Below, piece by piece: positions 47,248 to 55,763 of a stretch of DNA of 64,000 nt. The notes below the pieces were generated by a model. It saw only the letters and a program-made list of their open reading frames with translations. It ran no database searches and was not told the DNA's origin. Source of the DNA: an uncultured virus (IMG/VR IMGVR_UViG_3300026198_000079) (lineage: Duplodnaviria > Heunggongvirae > Uroviricota > Caudoviricetes); IMG/VR virus record IMGVR_UViG_3300026198_000079. The stretch is one strand, 5' to 3'. Position 1 is the first letter of the stretch. Each line of letters starts with the position of its first letter. Position numbers and translations under genes: made by a program.

Positions 47248-47630
47248 CCCAGCACCTCCGCATCCGCAAGCAGGGCGGCGTACTCCGTTTCCGGCACTTC
47301 CGACAGCCTGTCCGCGCCGTGTTTTGCGATCAGCGCCTTGACCTCTTCGGTAAACCCGGCTCTGGACTTCTCGGCAAGCACCGCCCTGACATCCGCAAGG
47401 GTGAGTTTCTTTTCTGGCTCCGCAGGCTTTTCAGGTTCCGGCTCCTTTGCGGGAGCAGTCTTTTCCGCCTTTGCCTTGCCCTTCGGCTTTTCCGCAGGCG
47501 TTTCCTGTGTCACCGTCATATCATCGCCGCCGCTGAACATCTCACGGAGCGTATCGGAAATCCCGATCAGGACTTCACCGCAGTGGCGCAGCTCATCAAG
47601 TTCCGCTGCAAGTTGGCTCATTTTTGGCAT
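47244..47630 (-). CDS. Conserved phage replication-module protein
   Basis: LADVRAVLAEKSRAG...LIAKHGA.RLS; synteny with DUF2800. Confidence 0.7.
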   Translation of the reverse strand: MPKMSQLAAELDELRHCGEVLIGISDTLREMFSGGDDMTVTQETPAEKPKGKAKAEKTAPAKEPEPEKPAEPEKKLTLADVRAVLAEKSRAGFTEEVKALIAKHGADRLSEVPETEYAALLADAEVLG

Positions 47631-47832
47631 CCGTTTTACCTCCTTCCTTGACCTCACTGATATTCACGGATTCAACTGTCTGCCCCGGCGAGAGGAGGTA
47701 GACCTGCTGGAAGTCCCCGAAGAGGAACCTCACGAGCCTTGCAGGGAGCCGCATATCCGCCCCGCGCAGCACGGCAGCCTTCTTTCCGTTCGGATCAGTG
47801 ACATTGATGGTGATTCTGTGTTTCATTGCCAT
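47596..47832 (-). CDS. Hypothetical protein
   Basis: GAGGTG RBS; first gene below motif B copy 3. Confidence 0.7.
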   Translation of the reverse strand: MAMKHRITINVTDPNGKKAAVLRGADMRLPARLVRFLFGDFQQVYLLSPGQTVESVNISEVKEGGKTDAKNEPTCSGT

Positions 47833-47868
47833 GTGTCACCTCGCTTTCTGTAAGGTCATCTGCCTTAC

Positions 47869-47904
47869 AAGTCACAGTCAAAGAAAATGGGCGGGATTTT
47901 AACC
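47869..47904 (-). promoter_or_regulatory. Motif B copy 3
   Basis: GGTTAAAATCC-N14-GACTGTGACTT. Confidence 0.7.
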
Positions 47905-47917
47905 CCGCCCGGAAAAA

Positions 47918-48466
47918 TCACATTTTTTCTTTCTGTTCCTCGATTCGCTCCATCGCTTTCTTCAGATGCTTGTTGATGTTCGGAATGCTTGTCCCCAGGA
48001 TATCCGCCGCCTCTGTCTGCGTGTGTCCCACGAGCTTTACCAGGCGGTACACCTCGCGCTGGATGTCGGTCAGGAACCACAGGATGCGGTCGAGCATTTC
48101 TTTTTCGGTCTCGTCCTCCGTTTCCATGTAGGTGCAGGTTTCCGAAAGGATGCGGCTCTTGTCCAACTTGTCCTCGTCGCCGTCATCGCCCGCCATGTAG
48201 TCGAAGGAAAGGTTCCAGTTTGCGGGGTACCGCTCTCCTGGATGCTCCGCCTCCCACTTCCTTTTCTCCGCTTTCTCTGCGTCTGTCATCGGAGGACGGC
48301 TATTTTTGATGTTGTTGTAAACCTCGGCATCGTCCAGGGAGTGCAGGACTTTGATGTCCGCCTCGGTCACGCCGTCTTCGCCGGGTCTGACGGTAACGCT
48401 GCTGCCGTCATTAAAGTTGAATGTGTAAGTGCCTCTCTTGTCCCATCTTGTCTTTTTGGTTTTCAT
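47918..48466 (-). CDS. Phage sigma-70/ECF-like sigma factor (region 4 HTH)
   Basis: LTDIQREVYRL...GHTQTEAADILGTSIPNINKHLKKA; LSFDY. Confidence 0.75.
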   Translation of the reverse strand: MKTKKTRWDKRGTYTFNFNDGSSVTVRPGEDGVTEADIKVLHSLDDAEVYNNIKNSRPPMTDAEKAEKRKWEAEHPGERYPANWNLSFDYMAGDDGDEDKLDKSRILSETCTYMETEDETEKEMLDRILWFLTDIQREVYRLVKLVGHTQTEAADILGTSIPNINKHLKKAMERIEEQKEKM

Positions 48467-48850
48467 TGATTGTCCTTTCCCCTGATTCTTGGGAAAGGGC
48501 ATCAGATACAGATAAAGGCCGGAGTGCCTGTGGAGCATCCCCGACCTTACTTGCCTGCAAAAGGGTATAAGGAAGAAAGGGTACTCCATATCGCACTTTC
48601 GCCGCCGCAGCAGCTTGTCCGATATATGTATCCTTTGCCCTTATACGTAATCAGGCATTGAAATATTTTGTTATGTAAAAGCGGTCGCCCGCCTTTTACC
48701 TTGTTTGTGTGGCTCCTATCAGGTAGCCTTGGGAGAAGGGTAAATCTGACGGTTTCCTTCTACTTCCTGCCGAAAAATTCAACCCCCTCACTATCCACTG
48801 GAGATGAACTGCCGGTTTGAGCGGACTCTTCTGAAAAATTCTTAGTCCTC

Positions 48851-48886
48851 AAGTCACAGTCAAAGAAAATCAGCGGATTTTTAACC
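48851..48886 (-). promoter_or_regulatory. Motif B copy 4 (upstream of the sigma gene)
   Basis: GGTTAAAAATCC-N13-GACTGTGACTT, 36-bp span. Confidence 0.7.
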
Positions 48887-49008
48887 TCCTGCGAAATTTT
48901 TCTGTTCACAGGTAGCGCACGAGAGATTGGAAACTGAAGTCCACGCACCGTGATTTTCTCAGTATTCCTGTTCATGATCTTGCTGCGTCCTTTTCGCAAA
49001 TAATTTAT

Positions 49009-49037
49009 TTGACATTTGAACTCATTTGTGGTATACT
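49009..49037 (+). promoter_or_regulatory. Sigma-A promoter for the ABC-3C operon
   Basis: TTGACA-17 bp-TATACT. Confidence 0.8.
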
Positions 49038-49178
49038 ATCTTTGGTGTCTTTTGACCCACCCACTGTCGTTTCAGAAGTCGTTTTCATTATAGAAAATGA
49101 GACCTCTCGATCTGGGGATGGTTTGGTGCATCGTGGTGCGTCGTGGTGCAAATCTTGGTAAAGGAGTGTCAGGCCAAC

Positions 49179-50312
49179 GTGGAATTTAAAACGCTGTTTC
49201 CTATCATGAAAAAGCATTTAGCCGATGGCGACGATGTTCCGTACTTCTTCCGCGAGCTTATGGCGATGATAACGACTGTGAACGAGGATGAGTGGGGAAC
49301 CGGGAAAGACCCGTCTGTTAAGCTGAGTGATGAGACGATCCGCAGTTACACAAAAAGAAAGCTGCCAAAGAAACTGGCAGGCTCCATCGTGTACAGGCTT
49401 ACGCCGGAGGTTATGGTCGAGCGGATCAACGAACACAGTGACACTTCCCGGAGCCTCCTTGCTGACGATTTGAAGGGTTATGACCCAACGCTTGATGCGG
49501 ATAATGTCGCAGACACCATTTCCGGCTGGATGGTTGAGATCGTCCAGGAGTCTGCCGGACTTGTTCCGCAGGACGCTTTGCAGAAACAGCAGCAACAACA
49601 GCTTGCATCAGACCTAAAAATCAGATATGGGGATTACCTTCTTGGAGAAACGGACGGTTACTGCCCGTTTCCCGGCTGCGGCAGACAACTGACCATCACC
49701 AATAGAGGCAAAGCGGTTCATACATACGAGGTAAGCCTGATAGACAAACAGAAACCCGCCACGCCGGATAACCTGATGGCGATGTGTCCGCAGTGCTACG
49801 CTACATATCTTCTGGATGACAGCAAGAAACTGTCCAAAGAACTGAAAGAGATAAAGAACATCCTGTCCACGCATAAGCAGAGCGTCCACTTGCTGGATGA
49901 CCTTCCGCTTGAAAAAGGCATCGTGGGCGTAATCAAGAAGGTCAAAAAGCTCGGAGAAAAAGAGCTTGTTGGAGCTTCCCTTGACCCGAAAGAGATCAAA
50001 CAGAAACTGAGTCCCACACAGGACATGGCGTTATACATAGCCGTGAACGGGTACGTCACGACCTACTATCCTCGGATCAGGGAAATCATGATGAACCTGG
50101 ATAAGCGCGGAGAAATCGACTACGATGAGATACAGGATCAGATCCACGCTTTTTATAAAAGACTGAAAAAGGCAAATAAGTCACGCCTGGAGATATTTAA
50201 CGAGATTGCGGGGAAGATACACCGCGTTACCCTGCAGGACGATATCTACTGCCAGATCGTTGTCTCCTATTTTGTTCAGAGCTGCGAGGTTTTCGATGCA
50301 ATTACCGAATAA
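49179..50312 (+). CDS. ABC-three-component (Lamassu-like) first component: helical N-domain + degenerate HNH + CTD
   Basis: CPFPGC...NLMAMCPQC; C-terminal IVVSYFVQSCEVF; AAGGAG RBS before GTG. Confidence 0.8.
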   Translation: MEFKTLFPIMKKHLADGDDVPYFFRELMAMITTVNEDEWGTGKDPSVKLSDETIRSYTKRKLPKKLAGSIVYRLTPEVMVERINEHSDTSRSLLADDLKGYDPTLDADNVADTISGWMVEIVQESAGLVPQDALQKQQQQQLASDLKIRYGDYLLGETDGYCPFPGCGRQLTITNRGKAVHTYEVSLIDKQKPATPDNLMAMCPQCYATYLLDDSKKLSKELKEIKNILSTHKQSVHLLDDLPLEKGIVGVIKKVKKLGEKELVGASLDPKEIKQKLSPTQDMALYIAVNGYVTTYYPRIREIMMNLDKRGEIDYDEIQDQIHAFYKRLKKANKSRLEIFNEIAGKIHRVTLQDDIYCQIVVSYFVQSCEVFDAITE

Positions 50313-50520
50313 ACTGTATTCATATAAAGCAAGCACCCTGGAACTGGTTCCCAAGGTGCTGACCGAACTGAAAAACGGTCCTAAAGAAGTGAAGGACTTA
50401 TTCCTTGTGATGAGACCGGCTCTGGCCGATGCTACGGACTTTTTGTCCGTCATGGACTGCCTGTATGCTCTCCGGGCGGTTGATATCAATGAAGATGGGG
50501 AGGTGTACTCATGCTTATAG
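50296..50520 (+). CDS. ABC-3C middle component
   Basis: 74 aa MQLPNKLYSY...MDCLYALRAV; overlaps both neighbours. Confidence 0.8.
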   Translation: MQLPNKLYSYKASTLELVPKVLTELKNGPKEVKDLFLVMRPALADATDFLSVMDCLYALRAVDINEDGEVYSCL

Positions 50521-50719
50521 AAATGACCTCACCTGCGTTTAAGGAAAAAGGAAAAGAACGGCCTCCAATCCGTTTCAAAGACGGATTGAACGTCGTTCTT
50601 GGAAAAGAGGATGGTGTTAATGATAATCTAAAACTACCCCATATTAATAATTGAAAAGTACCCCAGGATAAAATAGACTTTCCTATGTGTCTAAAAGATA
50701 TATAGGGGGTTCTGGGGAG

Positions 50720-52303
50720 ATGATCAGCCTGGAGGAGAAACAGCAAATAATATTACGTCATTATCATGATGGGGAGTCCCAGCGAAAAATACATAAGGAA
50801 ACAGGGATATCCAGAAAGACGATTAGAAAATATATCAAGAACTATGAACAAGCCAAGAGAGAACTTCTTGAAAATAATAGTGGCTGCCATAGCGAATTAG
50901 TGGCAGATATTATGGATAAGCCCCAATATGATACCAGTAATCGCAAGAAAACTAAATTAACCGAGGAATTGATGGCCCGGATAGAATTTTATGTAAAGGA
51001 GAACGAAGCCAAAAGAGCCGAAGGGAAAGCCAAGCAACAGAAGAAAAAAATAGATATATACGAGGAGTTGATTAATGAAGGTTTCAGTATTAGTTATCCA
51101 TCCGTATGTAATGCAGTAAGAGGGCTGTATCAAAAAAACAAGGAGGCATATATAAAACAAGAATACCAATTAGGCGACCAATGTGAATTTGATTGGGGTG
51201 ATGTTAAGCTAAAAATAGCCGGTAAAAACAGAGTCTTGCAAATGTCTGTCTTGGCCAGTGCCAAAGGTAATTATCGGTATGCCAAACTCTTTTACAATCA
51301 GAAAACAGAAAGCTTCTTAGAGGCTCATGCTCTGTTTTTTGAAAATATAAAAGGTGTTTACCACACCATGGTCTATGACAACATGAAAGTAGCGGTTAAG
51401 AGATTTGTCGGGCCAACCGAAAAGGAACCCACTGAAGCTCTACTAAAATTATCTTTGTATTACGGTTTCAAGTTTAGGTTTTGTAATACCTGTGCCGGGT
51501 GGGAAAAGGGCCATGTAGAAAAAAGTGTGGAATACGTAAGGAGGAAAGCCTTTAGTCGCAGAGATGAATTTGCTTCCCTGGAGGAAGCTCAAGAATATTT
51601 GGATAGTGTAGTAAATGCCCTAAATCAAAAAAACCAAGCGCATAAAGAAGGTAAAAGTGCCATGGAAATACTAAACGAAGAACGGCCATATTTGCTGCCG
51701 GCAATGCCTCAATATGATGCCGCGCGGATTCAGGAACCAAGAGCAGATAAATACTCCACCATTTGTGTGGATAACTGCCATTACTCTGTTCCCGATGTAT
51801 ATGTGGGTGAATTTATCTTTACTAAAGTATATACATCACAGATTCATTGTTACCATAACGGTGAGAAAATAGCCCAGCATGAAAGAAAATACGGGCACAA
51901 CGAATGGAGCATAAAGATAGAACACTATTTAAGAACGCTCAAAAAAAAGCCTGGTGCCCTTGCAAGGAGTACTGCCCTCCAGCAAGCTCAACCAGAGCTG
52001 CAAAAAATATACCAAAGCTATTATACCGGAAAGGAGAAGGAATTTATACAGCTACTTGAACTTATCGGAGAAAAAGGCTTATTAGCTGTAACTAATGCTA
52101 TAACTCTGCTGCAAAGAGTTAGTCCTATAGACATAAGCACTGAGAAGATAACTGCTATTTGCAACCGCAGCACTGCAACTGAGCCCAATAAATCAGTAAA
52201 AATAATAACTGATATAGAAACAAAGTCCAGAGACATCCTAAAATCCTATGGTTTGCTGTTAATATCTGCCGGAGAAGAATTTAAGGAGGTATCGATAGCA
52301 TGA
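50720..52303 (+). CDS. istA: IS21 transposase
   Basis: N-terminal HTH, EFDWG, YDNMK, EKGHVE DDE motifs. Confidence 0.95.
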   Translation: MISLEEKQQIILRHYHDGESQRKIHKETGISRKTIRKYIKNYEQAKRELLENNSGCHSELVADIMDKPQYDTSNRKKTKLTEELMARIEFYVKENEAKRAEGKAKQQKKKIDIYEELINEGFSISYPSVCNAVRGLYQKNKEAYIKQEYQLGDQCEFDWGDVKLKIAGKNRVLQMSVLASAKGNYRYAKLFYNQKTESFLEAHALFFENIKGVYHTMVYDNMKVAVKRFVGPTEKEPTEALLKLSLYYGFKFRFCNTCAGWEKGHVEKSVEYVRRKAFSRRDEFASLEEAQEYLDSVVNALNQKNQAHKEGKSAMEILNEERPYLLPAMPQYDAARIQEPRADKYSTICVDNCHYSVPDVYVGEFIFTKVYTSQIHCYHNGEKIAQHERKYGHNEWSIKIEHYLRTLKKKPGALARSTALQQAQPELQKIYQSYYTGKEKEFIQLLELIGEKGLLAVTNAITLLQRVSPIDISTEKITAICNRSTATEPNKSVKIITDIETKSRDILKSYGLLLISAGEEFKEVSIA

Positions 52304-53067
52304 CCACAAAGAAGGAAATGTCCAGGTTGATAATAGAGTATTGTAAAGCCCTTAGATTGCCTTCTATTAGGCGCTTGTTTGAAGCAGAAATTGCCGAAGC
52401 TAGACTGCGTGATATTTCTTATGAAGAGTTCTTATTTAATCTTCTTCAAAAAGAGAATGATCTAAGATATGAAAATGGCAGAAAGAACCGGATTAGAATA
52501 GCCAACTTCCCTTGTAAAAAATATCTGGAAGACCTGGTTGTGGAATATTTGCCCGAAGATGCCCGCAAAAAATTGAAAACCTTAAGCTCATTAGAATTTA
52601 TTAAGACTGGTCAAAACGTGATACTGGCAGGTAACCCAGGTACGGGAAAGTCCCATATTGCCATAGGCTTAGGCATTAAAGCCTGCATGGAAGGTTACAA
52701 AGTTCTTTTTACAACCGTTCCTCTACTGATAAATCAGTTAAAAGAGAGCCGTTCGGCCAAGACTTTGAGGGCTTATGAAAACAAGTTCGAGAAATATGAT
52801 CTGGTTATCGCGGATGAATTAGGATACATATCTTTTGACAAGGAGGGATCGGAACTTTTATTTACCAATCTATCATTACGAGCTGGCAGAAAATCAACCA
52901 TAATCACTACCAACCTTTCTTTTGAAAGATGGGAAGAAATATTTATGGATCCGGTCATGACCGCTGCTATGATTGACCGGCTTACACATAAGTCCTATAT
53001 GATTAATATGAATGGTAATTCCTATAGATTGAAGGAGACTCAAGATTGGCTCAAAAATCAAAAGTAA
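52300..53067 (+). CDS. istB: IS21 helper ATPase
   Basis: GNPGTGKS, ADELGY, TTNL, DRLTH, SYR. Confidence 0.95.
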   Translation: MTTKKEMSRLIIEYCKALRLPSIRRLFEAEIAEARLRDISYEEFLFNLLQKENDLRYENGRKNRIRIANFPCKKYLEDLVVEYLPEDARKKLKTLSSLEFIKTGQNVILAGNPGTGKSHIAIGLGIKACMEGYKVLFTTVPLLINQLKESRSAKTLRAYENKFEKYDLVIADELGYISFDKEGSELLFTNLSLRAGRKSTIITTNLSFERWEEIFMDPVMTAAMIDRLTHKSYMINMNGNSYRLKETQDWLKNQK

Positions 53068-54676
53068 TTTTTTTAGCTTAATGTGGGATACTTTTCGTTT
53101 ATTATCTGGGGGATTTTTCGGTTGACAAAAACAGATGGCGAGAACTCCATCGGCAAGTCCTCCGCCATGCTTGCTATTGATTTTGTATTCGGCGGCAACA
53201 CCTATCTTGCCAGCGATGGTGTAAAGCATATCGGCGACCATACGATTTTCTTCACCTTTGCTTTTGACGGAAAGCCGTACTACTTTGCCCGCAACACTGC
53301 GTCCCCTGATGACATCCATGTGTGTTCCGAGGGATACCAGCTGACCGGGGATGTCTGGACAAAGCAGGAATTTGCCAACTGGCTCAAAGAAAAATATCAT
53401 ATCGACTTCTCCGGGCTTTCGTTCCGTGAGACCATGAGCAGTTTCTTCCGCATCTACGGCAAAGAAAATACGGACGAGCGCCGTCCGCTCAAAGGGCTCC
53501 CCGGCGAGAGCATGCAGAAGTCCATCGACATACTTGTGAAGCTGTTTGACCGCTACAAGGACGTGGAGGTATTTAACGGCCGCCTTGAGGAACAGAAGAA
53601 AAAACTGGCGGCATACCGCGAGGCTCGGAAATACCGCTTTGTTCCCGACTTGGTTGGCGGCAAGACGCAGTACGACGAAAATGTTGCGCAGATTCGCAGC
53701 CTGCAGGTAGAACTCGACAATCTGACCGCAGAGCAGGTGGAAGATCAAAAAGGTATAGATATAGAAAAAAGCCGCATCAAGTCTCAGCTGCAGGCAAGCA
53801 AACTGCGCCTTGAGACTGAAATGCAGTCCAAGCAGCGCAGGCTGAACCTGCTGAACATGAGCCTTGAATACGGCTTATACCCAACGGAAGCGGATCTGTC
53901 CGCCTTACAGGAGTTTTTCCCGGAGGTGAACATCCGCAAACTATATGAAGTTGAAAAGTATCACCAGAAACTGGCGGCTATCCTTGACGAGCAGTTTTCT
54001 GCCGAACGTCAGTCTGTTGAGGGAGAAATCGCCGATCTGCAGGAACAGATAAAGGCATTGCAGACGCAAATCAGCGAACTCGGTTTTGTCGGAAACCTCT
54101 CCAAGGAGTTTCTGGACAAGCACTCCGAGATCAAAGGTCGCATCGACGCATTGAAAGCACAGAATGAGGCTTACCTTACGTTGACCGACCTGCAGGATGC
54201 CCGCAAGAAGGCAGATGAAATGCTGAAACGCGCTATCGAGGATATCCTTGCGGACATTGAGCGTTCCATCAACGACAAGATGAAGGAATTCAACGACTCC
54301 CTCTTCACGGAGTCGCGCAAAGCTCCTCATCTGCACTTTAACGAATACAACAGCTACAGATTTGAAACGCCGGACGATACGGGAACAGGATCCAATTACA
54401 AGGGTATGGTGGTTTACGACCTCGCCGTTCTGTATCTTACGGCACTCCCGGCTATCGCGCACGACTCCCTTATTCTGAAGAATATCGGTGACGGAGCGGT
54501 TGACGGCATTATGAAAATATACGCGCAGAGCAGAAAGCAGGTGTTTATAGCGTTCGATAAGCAGGCGGCTTATATGCCGGATACTCAGAAAATATTAGCT
54601 GACAACACCGTATTGAAACTGTCTGATGGTAACTGTGAACTTTATGGTGAGTCATGGAATAAAGAGGTATCTCAAA

Positions 54677-54886
54677 ATGAAGATGAGTTATAAGAAACTG
54701 TGGAAGCTACTGATTGACAAAGATATGAAGAAGACGGATTTGCGAAAAGCGGCGGGCATCAGTTCATCTTCTCTTGCGAAACTCGGCAAGGATGAGAATG
54801 TCACTACGGATGTACTGCTTCGCATCTGCAAAGCACTCGACTGTGAGCTTGATGACATCGTGGAGATTGAACGAACAGAGGAATAG
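54677..54886 (+). CDS. Cro/C1-type HTH regulator
   Basis: SYKKLWKLLIDKDM...ICKALDCELDDI. Confidence 0.88.
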   Translation: MKMSYKKLWKLLIDKDMKKTDLRKAAGISSSSLAKLGKDENVTTDVLLRICKALDCELDDIVEIERTEE

Positions 54887-55021
54887 GCGGAGAGACCGAT
54901 TATATTCTGACCATACTGCTTTGGTGTTCAGTGGATATCTGTCGCAGTCGAGGTTGAGGATAAAGAATAATATTATCGAATAATAACCGCTAACGACCAT
55001 TCATTAAGATGAAGGGATGAA

Positions 55022-55370
55022 CTGAACGACCCTCGCCTAAAGGCGAGGGGTTCACTTAAGCGACTGAAAGTCGCCCACCAGCTAAAGCAGGTATATAGTG
55101 GTTACTCTTCATCAATCGTGAAATTATCTACAGGGTGTTCTTCATTGTGATGTTTTATATAATGCTTTATTGTTTCTTCATCGACCGCACCAACTGTTGC
55201 GCAAAAATATCCTCGTGCCCACATATGCTGTCCCCAGTAGCGTTTTTTCAATTCCGGGAACTCGCTTTGTAAATCGTGTGATGTTTTCCCTTTTAGCTTC
55301 TGCATTATATAGCTTGGTGATAGATTGGGCGGACATGATAGTATCAAGTGTATATGATCTTTTCCTATGA
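55022..55370 (-). pseudogene. tnpA: IS200/IS605 TnpA (Y1) remnant, 5'-truncated, with end hairpins
   Basis: KDHIHL HUH motif, KLKGKTS, MWARGYF, YI; hairpin CCCTCGCCTAAAGGCGAGGG. Confidence 0.8.
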
Positions 55371-55494
55371 GAAGGTTTCCGCCATATTCCCTGACTCTCC
55401 CTATTTCTTTCCGAGATACGATGGCAACGGGCCATATACCAAGCTGTGGACAGAGGAAATGTTCTGGAAATGCTTTGAAATGGTCGGAGTGTAA
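55366..55494 (+). pseudogene. Possible internal fragment of a tyrosine recombinase
   Basis: YEKVSAIFPDSPYFFPRYDGNGPYTKLWTEEMFWKCFEMVGV; resembles the segment before the HxLRH box. Confidence 0.4.
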
Positions 55495-55763
55495 TTATAG
55501 GATCTGACGTAACCCAGTAATACCAATGGTTTGCAGACCGTCAACAAGAGATTTTATCCAACAAACAGAAAATGAAAGGGACACCGCTCAATTTTTCTTG
55601 GGTAGCGTCCCTTTTTTTATAAATGAAAGCAAGCACCGCCCGAGGGGACTATGGGCGGTACTTCTATATAAAACCCAACACCGAAAGGAGGAGTTCATCT
55701 CCACCGTTGCCAGCCATTTTCAGGCTGGCTTTTTTCATACCACGACAAGGAGGTATTTAGTGA

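Larger units (their letters stand above)
50615..53133 (+). mobile_element. IS21-family insertion sequence, 2519 bp, 5-bp target duplication GATGG
   Basis: TGT...ACA ends, ~50-bp imperfect IRs with internal repeats, GATGG at 50610-50614 and 53134-53138, AT-rich. Confidence 0.95.
50511..54693 (+). pseudogene. ABC-3C SMC-like ATPase (DUF2326 type) interrupted by IS21
   Basis: Joining 50511-50614 to 53139 restores ...FKDGLNVVLGKEDGENSIGKSS; long coiled coil; GTGSNYKG and IAHDS at the C-terminus. Confidence 0.88.
2170..54900 (-). mobile_element. Prophage, HK97-fold siphovirus of Clostridia type; boundaries approximate, right att not found
   Basis: Contiguous integration, lysis, tail, head, packaging, replication and regulatory modules; GC visibly higher than the left flank. 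Confidence 0.92.

Noticed and set aside
2339..47853. Long plus-strand ORFs such as 2339..3496, 21704..23071, 33302..34435 and 46285..47853
   Set aside because: Antisense shadows of well-supported minus-strand phage genes in GC-rich DNA; no motifs
48760..48999. 79-aa ORF as a Cro-like gene
   Set aside because: No HTH pattern or clear RBS, and it overlaps motif B
53083..54693. Stand-alone intact 536-aa gene
   Set aside because: The first 17 codons come from the IS21 right end; the true start is 50511
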